Positions 1-13,249 of a DNA stretch of 64,000 nt are shown in pieces (within the stretch, counting starts at the first letter, position 1; every line of letters starts with the position of its first letter). The position numbers were made by a program, and so were the translations under genes. The DNA is taken from assembly GCA_036172245.1 (NCBI GenBank), contig JAYWIR010000044.1, positions 1,364,001 through 1,428,000 of the forward strand, read 5' to 3'. Under the pieces are notes generated by a model. That model ran no database searches and was not told the DNA's origin. It saw only the letters and a list, made by a program, of their open reading frames with translations. The stretch comes from Raillietiella orientalis. Taxonomy: Eukaryota.

Positions 1-1700
1 CCTGGTGTCATCAAACTCTTTGGTGGACGGATTTCAGCACGGCTGACTGACACGTGCACACAAAGACCCCGGGCCCGGGTGGCCCACACGCTCGGACAGC
101 ACCGTACACTTCAGCCTACATCCGTATTGGTCAGGGTTCTTCCTGCACTGAGACATGTGGTGACTGACTCCTGGTCACATCTCGACCAGGGATAACCACT
201 TCCACCGCTCAGTGGGAAAAGCTGCGCAGTGGTGCACGGAGACCTTCCTCAGCATCCGAAAAGGTGAGTGGATATCTTTGGAATTTCCTCTTGAGGTCTC
301 GAGACCTCGGACATTCCGGTCGACGTCCACGTCCTTCTCTTCCCCCCTTACCCCCTTATCCATCACCTTGCCAAGTGCATCAGGCATTCACACCAAATGA
401 GAAAAGAAGGACTCTTCCATGTCTCACCAGGGGTTCTGCCCAAAGAACGTACCCATTGAGGGACGGCGGAGGACCACGTGCTCTTTGAGGGATGGAAGAG
501 CATCGCTGAGGGTGTACTGTAACTTTCCAACGCTGACCCGGTGGACCTATTTGAGAAGGTTTTGCCACCTCCAGGCTTTCCAATTCGTCCCTCCCACCGC
601 CAGCGGAGGCACCACCCCTTCCATGCAGAGTGGGATGGGGTGACCCAAACTGAGATGTGAAACCCAAATAAGCCTCGAGGCAAACCGGGTCGAAATCAGT
701 GCTGCACCGCAGCCTCCTTGGGAATTCTCCTTTTCGCCACGGAGCCGGTTCATTCGACACCCCATTTCCAAGACTCTTCCTCAAAAGCCCTCTAGAGGAG
801 GTCCGAAATCCTTCCGCTTCGCTTTGGTACGCGCTGGTGTCCTCACAGCAAAAATTTCATGCATCAGGGTGGTGAAAGGAGGGAGTTTCAAGGAGGAAGC
901 TGGTTCCATAGGCTCGCAGGTTAGGCTACAAGAAAAACCAGGAGGGCGCCGGTCCGCTACCCCGCGTCTTTCGCTTCAGCCTACGTGCCGTGCAGAAGAC
1001 ATCATTCTTCCTACCCTTGCTCCAAGCGTGGTCACTTCCTCTCCCTAAACCCTCTGCGTCATGTGGATACCGCCTTGCCCTTCCTAGAGGACGCTGCACA
1101 CTGCAGCCGAGACAACTGATTTCCCGTGGCACCTGAGGGACCGCTGCGACCTCCCAGAGCTGGTTCAATGTATTGGTGAATTATCCCTGCTTGCGTCTTC
1201 TCCCTTGAAAAGTACCTGCCCTCTGGACAGCGCGCGCAGGAAACGTTCCCTGACACGTGCGTCCATTTGTTTGCGAACGGGTTCCTCAGGACGACCAGTG
1301 AACGAAGGGCCGAATTCACATGACTCGGGGTGTGGTAAAGTTCATGGTGGATGCGTGATTTGTAAGATCCCGCCAGCCACAGGGTGCACTGGTAAAGGGA
1401 AAAGGGAACCCACCTGGATTTCGCTCCGCTTTCGTTCATCCCGCGTGACCGCGCGCAGGTCGCGCCCCAGTTTGATCGCTAGGCAGTCTTGAGATTCGGA
1501 ATTCGGGAAGGCCGAGAGCCATCCCCTCGAAGCGCGTGCGGGCGGAGGCGGAAGTTTGTTCACATCGCGGGGAATGCCAAGCCGAAAATAGGCGCCTTGT
1601 GGGAGGCCATTTACTCGCGCGCGGGATCGGAAAAGCACCTCGTTAGCGTTCCCCCAAAAGTCGGTGAATAACTCCCGGTGTCTTCATGGGAACCCAGAGT
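1..1700 (-). mobile_element. Decayed L1/Tx1-like LINE ORF2 (RT, thumb, C-terminal Cys/His region)
   Basis: Minus-strand frames give a degenerate RT motif 'EIQVGSL..PYQCTLWL' (~1430-1375), a thumb-like 'NSQGGCG' (~720) and 'RWKWLSLV...CRLKCTVLSERVGH...C' (~210-50); many frameshifts. Confidence 0.5.
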
Positions 1701-3499
1701 GCTCGCTGCGTGAGTCCCCTGCGCACCCACGACGATCGGAGGTTGAAGTCACCTCCGGACAGTGGCTCTGCGAAGCAGCATCGACTGGCCTTAGCCGACT
1801 TACCCGCGCAAGCGCGCCACATGACTCGCGAGGAGGCAGAAAAATGCACTCGTGTGCGAAAGAACACGCTGCACTTGGGTGAAGTGTACTAAACCAAACC
1901 GCGCGGACATTCACGCGCTCTCTCAGAAAAGCATCATGGATGTCGGCCTGCGACTTCCCAGCCGACTCCCCTCTCGGATTCGGCCTGCACTCCCTGGCCA
2001 GATGGCGACGACGACACTTGTCTGAATCCGTCGCCTTCTCCGCCCTGCAAATCGAATTGCCAACTGATCCTCGAGTCGTCCTTGCTTCCCAAAGGGATTC
2101 ATTCATGCCGCGTCTGGCGCCTAAGGGAGCGCTATGAGTTCCCTAAAGAGATCGGCTGATCTCGGAGTACTTCGATCGATAGTCAGCCACCTGATGGTAA
2201 GGTCGGTGGAGATGCGCACATCGACCGAGCCAAACTGCCACTGAGCCATCCTTCCGACGTCGCGCTCTCTGCCCTCAACGTAAGTTACGGCGCCTAGTAC
2301 GGCCGCAGGGAAAGACGAAAACTTCGATGGCAGCTGTTTGGGATATGCTCCGATCTGTGTCATGCGGCCGAGGCAGCTCGCTGTTTTCCTTGCATCCCAG
2401 ACACTCCTCTCGAGTCCGTGTCTTTCGGTGAGGCAAGCCAACACCAGCAGCATCTGGCGGCTCGGAGCGCTGTGCACTCCGCTTACAAGCGAGCAGCAGT
2501 GGTCCATCTTTTTCAGGGAATGGACCCAGAAGTTTCGTGGATGATGCTCTACTACCTGTGCAACCTGGACGCCGCCCAGATCAAGGGACAGAAGGACAGG
2601 AACGGTGCATCTCCAGATGTCGAAGAATTCGATTCCTTCTCCTCCACCTCTTTCTCACCACGGATCAAAGAACGGGAAACTATACCCGAGCAGTTTTTCA
2701 AAGGCAAAGACAAGCTGAAGAGAGTCCTGAACTTTGCCTGCTGCGAGGGAGGAATGAGATGGCACCCTACAAAAGATCCTGAGGGGAGGAATTTTTGAAA
2801 ATTATCGAGAAGTTTCCGGGAAAGCCATCGACCTGGCAAAGATCGGCCGCCGCCTCGAAGAAGATGCAAGGCTTAGGGATGATAGGGATGCGAAACCAGA
2901 AGAGGATCTGGTGCTGCTCAGATCCTGAGGGTTGAAGCCATCCGAAGCTGGGACGACGGACGCAGGGATACAGAAGACGCTGGTTCTTGGAGGACAAGGG
3001 TCCCGCCTGAATCAGAGTGGATGGCCGCCAAGACCGAGCCAACGTGTACCAGTGGATCGACAGAGCTCTTTGGTGTCCATCGGCAAGCTTAGTGCAGTGA
3101 CATGAGAGGATTTCTGATAGGAAGATCGTGGGTAGCCGCCGGAAGTGGGAAATGGGACGATGTGGCCTCACCAAGAAGGACGGTTTCCATTGGTTGAGGT
3201 GCTTGCGAGCAAAGGTTTCTCATGCTCCTTGGCTCAGAATCGCGCGCACACTACACGTACTCTTCCTTCTCCTCGCATAACACCCGTCGCCATCATCTAG
3301 GCTCCTCCGTCGGTGAAGCACCATAGTCTTTATTCGGCCAGATGTCTCCTCTGTGGCTTTTCTCGTGTACTTCATGCCGCTAGGTGGTCACGCAAGTTTT
3401 CCCGACATCCTTCCGGACGTGTGGTCATCTGTGCCTTCGTCGCGGGGTGGCGCTGAGATGTTTTTGATCACGTCCCGTGGAGCGGAAGCGGAAACTTTC

Positions 3500-3975
3500 A
3501 CAGTGAGGAAGTTGAGAAATGTCAGCAGTCTAAATCAGCTGTCTGCCGAGAAGATGTCTGCGTTGTCAGCGAGCTGATTTAGTGACAAACGCCCCTTGGC
3601 ACGCTCTCCTTGCAGGCGCTGCTTTGCTATGTTGTGGGACAGGTTTAGACGCTGCTTCATCGTGGCCGTAGTTTTCAAGTCTGTGAGTGCCCAGTCTGCT
3701 TGAAAGACATCAAGCCGCTGAAGATGCACTGTTTTCTGGATAGAAGACGGCTTTTAGTGCATCCTGGCTTCTGCCTGGAGTAGGTCACAGAGTTCTTCGG
3801 GATCTCTGCGCGTTGGTTCGACCGGACTGTCGAAAGGAGCAGACCGTTGGACGCGCCCCGCAGCGTGTGATCCTTGTGCAGTGGAGCGCGCCCTGCCTCT
3901 TGGTCTGACTAGAGACCCATTTCTGCCTCCTAGAATAATCTGTAGAGCTCTCCATTTTATCGACAACTGAAAAAC
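3500..3975 (-). mobile_element. R2-like RLE retrotransposon C-terminal relic
   Basis: Minus frame 'WVSSQTK...RCGARPTVCSFRQSGRTNAQRSRR' resembles the R2 CCHC knuckle/RHN region; heavily degenerate. Confidence 0.4.
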
Positions 3976-4435
3976 GTCACCTGTACACGCAACGAACGAG
4001 CCTTATGTGAATGAGAACTTCGTCTTCCAGAGGATTGGTTCCAGAGATATGCTGGGCAGTAGCGTGCTCAGAGATCATCGTCGCTTCATGCCTCGGCGAT
4101 GAATTCTTGTGGGCCGTGTGGAAGGAGCCGTCTCTGCAGAACATTTGGATGCCCGCGTCAGAGACCACGTGGTTACGGTGGTCTCCGCGTGTGGCCCTAT
4201 GCGTCGTGGGTTCGAATACTCCGAAGGAAACGACTCAGTGCGTCGTAGGTTCCGAGTTCATCCCATAAGTTGACGATGGTTGGCCTACATTCATCCGGGT
4301 GCGGCACTGGTAGCGGTTGAAACCGGATGCTCTCGATGAGAATCGGGACAAATGGGAGTCGACCTCCGAGTCCTTAGAGGAATCAAGGAGTGGGAGCTCC
4401 CCTCCGGTTGTGAAGGAGCGGACTGCCCATTCACT
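3976..4435 (+). mobile_element. Family B L1/Tx1-like 3' fragment
   Basis: 'RVRDHVVTVVSACGPMRRGFEYSE' plus the nucleotide block gggagtcgacc...tcaaggagtgggagctcccctccggttgtgaaggagcgga, shared with the copies at ~17.9k, 28.2k, 35.4k, 50.7k and 56.5k. Confidence 0.7.
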
Positions 4436-5030
4436 TAAGCTGAAGTGCTGAAGGTCTCTTGCATTACCTGATACGGGGCAGTGTTGAAGGCTGGATATTT
4501 AAAAGCGGCTCACAGGTCATGGAATCTGTCCATCGTGGCTCTGCTCCCGATTTGCTGCTCCAAGATTGTAAGAAAAATCCTTATCGCTTGGACTGATAAT
4601 GCTGTTGCCCACTGTCCTCTCTCGAAACCCGAGTGGCAAACCCTTTGCGTACAGGCCATAGACGCAATCTCCCTTGGATATTGGCCCTCAGTCGTCAATT
4701 TCGCCGAGTTTATCTGAAAACCACATCTGGAAATTAATATGGTAATGGAATCTTCTCCTTAGGACAGAATCTTCAGTGCCTTCGAACAAACACCGAAGAC
4801 ATCTTCCGGATCAGTATTCTCACATCTGTCATAAGAGATCATTCCCGATGAAGAATTCGTGCACTTCTTCACCTCCTGAATGAATGCTGTGAGGTCTATT
4901 GAAAGAGGTTTGTTCGTCCTTCTCGCTCTTAACGTTGTTGCACTAGAGATGCATCCAGATGTAATTCGACTCCCATTCCCTCTCCTCAAATTCTCCTTCC
5001 AATCAGCCCACGGGGATACCACAATGTGAT
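4436..5030 (-). mobile_element. R2-like RT relic
   Basis: ORF 4759-5022 'GCISSATTLRARRTNKPLSIDLTAF' resembles the R2-clade 'GC..N..L...ARR..KPLSI..LD..KAF' motif; 'CGFQINSAK' follows downstream. Confidence 0.55.
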
Positions 5031-5299
5031 TCTGCTTGCGCTGCTTGCGATGGTTCTCTTTCGGTAAATTTTCTACAATTTCTGCATTGCAGATTCTCTG
5101 TCAGGATCGCTTTTCTTCTCCGAAGCCAATCAGCGCCTGTTGCTGCGGATATTTCCAAGTTTTGGTGGAACTTTTCCAAGAAATCTTCTAGGAAAGCTTT
5201 GGAACCTCATGGCATTCGTAGTTTTGATTTTTCCCCAGCTCATCGTCTCCTGAGACCTGCTGAAACTCGTGGTCCTTGGATAGAGATAAGGTTACATCT

Positions 5300-5800
5300 G
5301 CCGGCGCTTTGAGGCGATGAGGTTGTCCTGCGATGCCGATTGCGCACGCTGGACGTCACGCTGCAAAGTTCCGCTTGGGGAAGACCTATTTCAGGTGGCT
5401 TTCCCGTGTGTTTTTACGCTCGAGGAATTGCAGATTTCAGTGGGAGCGAAAGCACTTCGTCAGAAGCCTTGGACTTTTTTCTGCCTCTCCCTTTCATGGT
5501 GTTTTCCACAGCACAGCTCCATCCCCATCTCATAGGCTCAGTCGAGTCCTCAAGGGTGGAGATTTGTGTCTGTTTTGCTACGGAGTGCAGACGCATAGAG
5601 CGGCCCCACAGAGAAGATGACAGTGCTCTTTGGGGGCTTAATAAGTGTCGGGTCCAGTCTCGCTCCTGCTCTCAGATTGATTTGCTCTACGCCCACAGTC
5701 CCGTGTAGGGATCGCTCCTCCGTTAGCGAGTGCCGCCATTCTCCTCCGCTCTGATGTTTCGAAAAAGAAGCGTGGTAGAAACACGCAGCAAAGGTTCATT
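5300..5800 (+). mobile_element. L1-like ORF2 C-terminal (zinc-finger) relic
   Basis: 'HRLSRVLKGGDLCLFCYGVQTH' in ORF 5333-5620. Confidence 0.4.
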
Positions 5801-6289
5801 GATTCATGTATGTTGGCACGGGAATTCAGCAGAACCAACCATTCTCATCTGTCCACAACAAACAGACAAAATAAAAGTACAGTTAGAAAGAAGTGGACAT
5901 TTGCCTCTCCGAAGCGAAAGCGATTAAATCTCGTTTGGGACATGACTGGGGAAGTGGATGATAAGAAAGGAAAGCTAAAGATGAAAATTAAATAAATAGG
6001 AATAAAATGGAAGGACCTCAACGTATGAGGCGAGACGCTTGAGGGTCTGCTGCGGACAAGAAAGGGATGAGAGAGGAAATGCAGTGCTATCCCTTGTTTG
6101 TCCACAGCTGTCCTCAGTCTCCCTTCCGCTTCCCCTTATGTTGGGCGCCTTCGTGACACCTTGCACGGAGGAAATGGAAAGCCTGAGAAGTTTCTTTCCT
6201 GCATTCTTTTTTCATCTTGGCTACTTCTGTTGCGGTAGGTGGCAGAGGGGCGATGGAGAGTGATGAGAGCCTGTGAGCTCTAGAAAGTG

Positions 6290-7625
6290 AACATTCTGAT
6301 CAGGGTGTTCTTCTGGGCATCATTAGGCAATTAACATGCATTCAGTCCTGCTGCAGCACGGATCCTTCTAGAAGCACATGAGAAAGTGTCTTTATGACTA
6401 CGCTCTTTGGAACTCTTCCCAGTGGATGCGCGATGGCCTGGCTCTTTGTGAGAGGTTTTACTGTTCTTCCAACAAGAAAGCGTCCCACAACGCAATCTGA
6501 AAACAGGATGAACGACTTGAATACGGACCGCCTCGAGCTGGGGCTTTGCAGTGTAACGTCAGTGTGTGGCGATCGGCATGCAGCCCAATAGTGATGCATA
6601 CAAAAATATGTATGCGAGATAGAGAATCCAAGATCTTATGCAGTGGACTCGCACCTTGGCAGAAGGTGGATGCAATGAAGTCATTCTTCTATCCCAGCCT
6701 CTTCCATTTCGAAAGGCTTGGAACGCATCCAAAGAGTGACTGGAAATATTTAAACAGTGAGATCCGCTGGTTGATGAAGAAGCTACTTCATATACCTACA
6801 AGGTGAGCCAATGACAACCTCTGTGGAGATAGAAAGAAAGGCCGTGTGAATATGATGAAGTTATCGGAGGTAGCAGACACATTCATCGTCGACAGTTGCT
6901 TCAAACTCCTTATGTCTCCAGATGGTGTTGTAGGAATCCTAGCAAAGGAATCTCTTCAGGAGGTGGTTTACGAAAGAATATTATCTACACCTAATAACGA
7001 ATACCTTGGAAGATTCCTCTCGATGGCAATTTTCAAAGATCGAATGGGAACATCAGGAGTCTGTGGGCGGTGGAAAGATGGGCCTCGAAGAGGCTGTACG
7101 CAGTGTGGGAGTTTGTTGATGGTAAACCTAAAATTAAAATCGCGGAGACGGTCATAGAGGCAACCCAAAGAAAGAAAATAGCTTCGATAATTCGGAATAC
7201 CTAGCGAGAGTCAGCATGGCTTTCTCTAATCAAAGAGTATCCCGATCAGAGGAAAGCCATGAGGTGCGTTGGACTCCATCAAGCTTCCAGCTATTTTCTA
7301 ACGAATGGGAATTGCGTTTTGCAGATTGCCTCTTCATCCACGTAGCAAGGCTGAACTTGCTGCCGATTCGAAAGGTGCAAAGAAGGCCTCAAGATGATAG
7401 GCTTGTCGAAGATGTGTGCCTGGGATGAAACCCTGCCTCACATACTGAACCACTGTATGAGGCTCTCGGTCTTGATAATAGGATGACACAACGCCATCTG
7501 GAAAGAATGAAGCAAGCCATCACCTTGACAACTGGATGGAGACTTATATCAGCGAACCGACGAGTCCCAGGAGTTGATTCATCACTAACACCAGATCTAG
7601 TGTTCCAGTATGTATTTCTTTTCCA
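6290..7625 (+). mobile_element. Utopia/NeSL-like RLE non-LTR retrotransposon relic (thumb to endonuclease)
   Basis: 'LAPWQKVDAMKSFFYPSL', 'DTFIVDSCFKLLMSPD', 'RFADCLFIHVARLNLLP', 'DETLPHILNHC' (~7425-7460), 'QRH..RMKQA...LTPDLVF': collinear motifs typical of Utopia-type elements, with stops and frameshifts. Confidence 0.85.
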
Positions 7626-9959
7626 AACGGGAGTCAACAGCCCCTCGAGAACGTGTGCCGCGAAGAGCCGAAAAGGATATCGAGGACACTCCGAAAGGCC
7701 ACAGCGACCGCGACCGCAGTCCTGAAGAAAAAGGTTTCCCCTTCCGGCAAGCGGTCCGGGCTCGGGCTGTGTTGCCGCATCGGCACCAGAATCCACGGAC
7801 GAAGTCGGAGGGCGGCGGAGGGCCACGACGACGAAATGGAAGGCGCCAGCCGCACGCTCATCTCGTGTCGACCGACCGCTCGGATGGACTTCACGGGAGC
7901 GCCTCTTGGCGCGCGAGAAAAAAAACTGCTGCCGTGGTTTCCGTCTCCGGGATGCTACGCAAAGGATGATCCTTCGACCTTCAGTCAGATATGCAGCCTA
8001 GCAGCAAGTCCTGGTCGCCATTTGCGTTCGATGTATCGATGCTCAATGTGCACTGCGATTCACATCGCGGCACGTGCGGTCAGCTGTGGCCCTCACCAAC
8101 CCACGGGTCCAGCAATGCATTGCTCAGAGCGTTTGTTTTTCGCTTCGTTGCCGTGAAACTGCATGCCGGACCGCCTCTCGCTCAAGGAGGATAGAGTGGG
8201 AAACGAACGGTCTCGCTCGCGGGATAGGAGACGATGCCCAGATTGAGGCAATTCACACCATTTCACATGAGAAAAATGAAGATGACAAACTGCTCCCCGG
8301 GATCAGGTCCACACACTGTCTCTGTTTGGAGGATACCATTGTTTGCAAGTGGGAGATCCAGCAAGGAGGCAGCTAAAAAGCAGGAAAAGTTGAATGCTGT
8401 TTCGAGAAGATTCCACGAAGCGGTTCGGAAGACTGCAGTTCCTCTCTGATGCTTTTCCTTCCATGGTCTTCCGCATTCAAGAACGTCCAGGCAGAGGGTG
8501 CAGTCCGCGCAGACCCGGTGATCTTCCTCGCTTCCTCAGGAAATCTCGGCCTACCCAGCAAGATTTTAGACTCCGAGTGGCATGGAGGGAGGGCGAAGAA
8601 GACAATCAGAAAGCCAGAATCTCAACGTTCCTGGGGAAGTGCAGAAAAACTCCACCCATCTTCTCAGGTCCCAAGCGAGGTCTTCGGAAGTGGTCTTGTC
8701 TACCAGGCGAGCCTCGGTGACGCCCGCTATCCGGCAGGTAAACTTTTGCGCTGCATAAGAGTCTCAGTGTTCTCCTTCCAACGGATGCAGTTGGGGACGC
8801 ATGGCATCCTAAACGGGATCGGGGTGACCCGTCATCAAGGGCCTCGCTGAGGGGAGGTCGAAAGCACTGCCGGATTATTCTTCACAGTACCCCATCTTTC
8901 CGATGATGGCCACGCATTCCTCTCAAGTTAGCGGCAGAGTGGATACTCGTGATCAACCCCAACAGCGACACAAATGTGCGAAGCGGTTGACGGACCATTC
9001 CCCCGTCCACGCCTGCTTGGGAAGATAGACACAAGTACCTTCTCAGTTACCTACACTCTTCGTGGGACCAGCTCTCGTTTCACGCCCTCGCTACGAGTGC
9101 TGTCCTCTGACACGATTCCTGCATACTTCAGCACCCTGAAGATGGTTAGAACGCTTCCAACTTCTGCAAACTCGTGCACAGGCTGCTTTCTGCCTCCAAG
9201 TGCATGTTGGATTTCTTGTAATAATAGAGAGGCCCCGAGGTAATAAAGGGCAGCTGATAAAAGTCCCCTTTGATCCATGATGAACTCTGTCAGGTCCGTT
9301 CAATTCATATCGTTTCGTTTGTTTGTTGGGTTTCCCTTTTCACCTTCACCCTTTCGTTGTTCCCTGTTGAGGACTTTCATTTCCAGACAGCAGATGTCTG
9401 ATACTTGCTGATTGCATCTTTGTTTACTTATTTGATTTGAAAGAAACGATCCAGCTCTCCGGAATGGGAATCCACAAATGGACGAGAAGAAGGGTATGCT
9501 GAGTGTTTCGGGAAGCTAGAGACATCTCTTAAAGGTTTCGGCTTGTTTCGACTCGACTTTAAATCATCTGTTATTTCCTTTCAAGAACTATCGCAAGGAG
9601 AGCTCAGAGTCCATCTCCGTGTATCAAGATGGCCTGCGAGTGAAGAAACCCATGCCTCTCTGTTAGGCAGATCTGTTTTGAGAAATCAAGAGTTCGGGAA
9701 TGCAGGAGATGCCGCTTCATCCGCAGGTTATTTATAATCTGTCCCACCCGGATGCTGTTATCTTCCTGATTGATGTTCCTAAATCCACTCGTCCCTAATT
9801 CCAGCGCGCATTCCGTAGGCAAACCGGAGAATTCCCATTGTCTCGAAATGGGAACGCCACTGCCCATAAACCGGGATCCTCTACTGACCGCGGCCATCAT
9901 TTCGAGATGATTGATCTCAAGAAGGGAGCAGCTCTTCTCAGGCAGATGAAAGTTCCCGG

Positions 9960-10240
9960 TTGATGATCACATGATGGCGCCTTTTGGACCACATCATAGC
10001 CATACTTGTTTTAGATTCTCACTAGGTCTCACTAGGAGATGCATGGAACGAGAAGAGTCGCCGAAGCATGTCTTCAATCACTGCACTGGCTGTTCAGTGG
10101 TTACCAGGAGACACGATGATGAACCACCAGTCCTGATCAAGAAGGACACCTAGAAACTCAAGAGGATGGCGATCTTAAATCCATCTGTCCCCAGGAGGAT
10201 TTCAAGGTCTCATTAGATTTGTTGCGCCAGGGATAAGAAA
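9960..10240 (+). mobile_element. RLE-type element fragment (CCHC knuckle)
   Basis: ORF 9971-10153 'RRCMEREESPKHVFNHCTGCSVVTRRHD'. Confidence 0.55.
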
Positions 10241-10879
10241 CAGTGTTCGTGCTGGGCCGCCCTTACCCCCGGGGCTGTCTGTAGAGGCTCCAGGGCAGGT
10301 GACACGAAGAAAACTGTTTCGGTACAGGTGGTTGCTGCAGGGTTCTCAGTTTCATAAGACCCAATGGAAGACAGGGACTCTTTGAAGACCGGAAGAAAAC
10401 AGACACGTCAGGAAAGCAACGGTGCATGCTTGAGCACAAGATAATCCTGGGGCATGTATGAAAAGCACTATCTGCAACACTGGTCATGACATAGTCGCTC
10501 TCAAAAACCATAGGCTCGTTAAGAAGGAAAAGATAAGAGAAAGTGAAGATTGGAGAGAAGCCGGACAACTGGGACCGTGGTTTTGAGCGCTCCAGTAGCA
10601 TCCACTGAGGAATGGAAAACCTCCCTTTGCTGGAGCTGTCTGATGGGAAGAGTCGCTTCAGCACCAGGAATGTTCGCAAGCTGATGCTGCGCTAATCTGT
10701 TAAAGCAAGGCAAGAAAAATGCAGCACGAACGATAGTGTCTTCGGATAGGAAACAAATAGTTCTTGATCTTCTGGAGGCTTGCATGAAGTTCCCTTCTTC
10801 TCTTGTGCGTCTCTGTCATTTGCGCTGAACCATCGAGGAACATCTCAGGCAAACCACCGCTACCTCGCCTAGAGCTGTT

Positions 10880-11730
10880 TTGAGATTTCAGATATCTCCC
10901 TAGCAATGAGCACCACCTACGCTCTGCGGACAGTAAGTTGGTGCACACTACTCCTCTTGGCCTTCCGCTCACCTGGCCTTTCGAGCACCAGCCGAGGCAC
11001 ACGTCCATCTTCATGAGGCCGCCGGAAACCGGAAGCTGTCGAGGACTTTCAAGCGTCTTTCAAGCTCACTTTTGAGTCTGCACCAGGAAACACGACTCCT
11101 CGGAAGAGTAGGATGGCGACTGCATCGAGAGGGTGAGCATCCGACGATGGCCAGCAGCCATGCGATCATGCTCGACCCGTGCTGCACATCGACGGCATGC
11201 AAGAAGGCGCACGAAAAAGAGCCGAACAAAATATGGGAAGCACTGTCTTTCTCTCTCAGGAAGCCAAGCGCCAGTTTGTAGGAGGATCCCGTGGTCACCA
11301 TCAGACAATGGGCATCTCGACAGTCGCTACAATGGCGACATGTAGTGCGAAATTCCAGGAACGCGGGAGAACTTGCCGTTTTGCGGACTGAACTCAGGGG
11401 TTACGAAGAGAGGTCTAGTTAGTTCTCTGCACTCTCCCTTCGACTCGAGCAGCTTCTCCTTCTTCCTGTCCATCCTCTTGCTCCTCTCGCATGATGCTAT
11501 GATACTGCCTTCAAGAATCCTCCGTACACATTTGTCTCCTGCTCTCGGATGTCCTGTTCGTCTTTTTCATCGGTAGGATGTCGCATTCTATGGATCCAAT
11601 GGATGTGTCGGCCATGGTTTATGTTGGGTACAGCAGCCATGATGTATAGCCGCGAATATATCTTATGGCAGCTGGCATAACCGAGGTATTGCCGCAGGAA
11701 CTGTCCAGCATGTTGATGTCTAGCATTCAT
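10880..11730 (+). repeat. Inverted repeat 1, left arm; 3' portion of an RLE-type element
   Basis: Reverse complement of ~16690-17490 (coordinate sum 28370; identical ORF translations 11373-11576+ and 16794-16997-). Encodes RLE-like 'GWRLHREGEHP...AIMLDPCC...KKAHEK'. Confidence 0.9.
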
Positions 11731-12099
11731 CGCATTCATCGCATCGACTGCATCAAGAAGGCGAAAGATGGGAGACCTTAGGCGGAATCCGTGCTATTAT
11801 GCTCGATCCATACTGCTCAACGGAAAAAACACTGGAGGCACACAAGAAAGCGCACGAAAGAAAATAAGGGAAAATGTTCAAACTGCGTAGAAGAGCTGCA
11901 CATTCCATGAACGCAATGTGGAAAGCAGCTGTTTATAAACTGAATGGAGGAATAGAAAGAGTGAAGGGGTGAGGATGTTCACAATTTTCACCGCGTTCTT
12001 GTATCCTCCATCCTGTTTGGATACGGTTGTCGTATCATTCCAAGAGTACTCCGGTTCAACTGGTACTCTTTCCTATTAAATGTCGCTGTTCCAAATTTT

Positions 12100-12662
12100 T
12101 TTTTTCTACGAAAGGGTTCCCGATCTGCGGATCCAATATTCATCACAGCCATATTGGATGTTAGGAGTAGACATAAGTCTAATTAAGGCTACCGCTCTCT
12201 TAGCTGCGTGACCTCTCCGTTTTGGGAATCCCAGAACCCATGGGAGAACAGCTATCGAAGCATCCACAATGAACAAGGAGGAGCAAGGTCTTCGTATTTG
12301 GTCCTCTTTCTTCGTGGAGCACTTCTGAATGCATCAGAAGCTCTCACGAAGGAGCAGGCAACGTCCTTGATGACCACTCTTTTTCCCTTGGGCAATCCTG
12401 GATCCAGACAGAGACGAGAATTGGCACCAGGGCAAACTCCTTGTGGGAGACCACTTCTCATCTTCCTCCCATAGCCATACTCTGTCAGCATCGGACGTGT
12501 ATTGTGTGGAACGCACGGGTGAGGCCTCCAGACACGGCATCGCTTCTTTGCAAACTTTTCATCTTCTTCTGCTGCTGCTGCTGAGAACTTGAGTGTAATG
12601 CACAGTCTTCTTGACCGAAATGAGGTCGAGTCACAATGCATGAATGAATCCGTGATCCTCAC
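12100..12662 (-). mobile_element. Utopia/NeSL-like RLE endonuclease fragment
   Basis: ORF 12252-12662 'RCRV...PGANSRLCLD...KRVVIKDVACSF...AFRSAPRRKRTKYEDLA', then 'GFWDSQN' (GSWDPxN-like). Confidence 0.8.
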
Positions 12663-12747
12663 TTCCCTGAAATGAGGAAACGGCTCGAACTTCTGGGTTC
12701 GAGCCGTTTCCTCGGCGTTCCCCTAGCTGCAATTTTTTATCAGGGAA
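12663..12747. other. Perfect 17-bp stem hairpin inside an 8-bp outer inverted repeat
   Basis: gaggaaacggctcgaac (12674-12690) / ttctgg loop / gttcgagccgtttcctc (12697-12713); outer ttccctga (12663-12670) and tcagggaa (12740-12747). Confidence 0.9.
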
Positions 12748-13249
12748 CAACCATGACGACTGTGCTGTCCAGCACAGACGGTACTTTTGCACTCATCGAC
12801 TAGGATACCTTCGAAGCAACAAAGTGCTGGTTCTTAGTTCCTAGCAACGCTGAAATGCGACCGAGACTGATTATTGCAAATTTAGAAGTGTTTATTATTT
12901 TTATTGGAAGGATGCCGGTCAGTGAAGATTCTCGCTTCATGTCTTTCCCCCAGGGAAATGAGAATATGAGGGCCTGAAGAATATGATGTAGTATATAAGG
13001 GGCTGGAGGTGTTTATTATGTAAAAGGCAGGTTAGGGAAAGGGTTACGGATGAGAATGGGAATGGGTCAGGATATGTAAGGTTGAAGAGAAAATGGCTGG
13101 CGGCCTGTTATTCTGGTTACTTGCCTTGAAGGCAAAAGACAGCATCGTACTCCACTTTTCGAGCACTTCGACTGTTGGGCGTTTCTCCCGACAGTCAGAA
13201 TGCTTCATTTCCATAAGAAACGCAACCACTTTATTCTATGATTCCATTC

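Noticed and set aside
2150..2800. Possible APE endonuclease remnant (NV.Y.AP-like) on the plus strand
   Set aside because: Only one frameshifted short motif; insufficient support to list as a feature.
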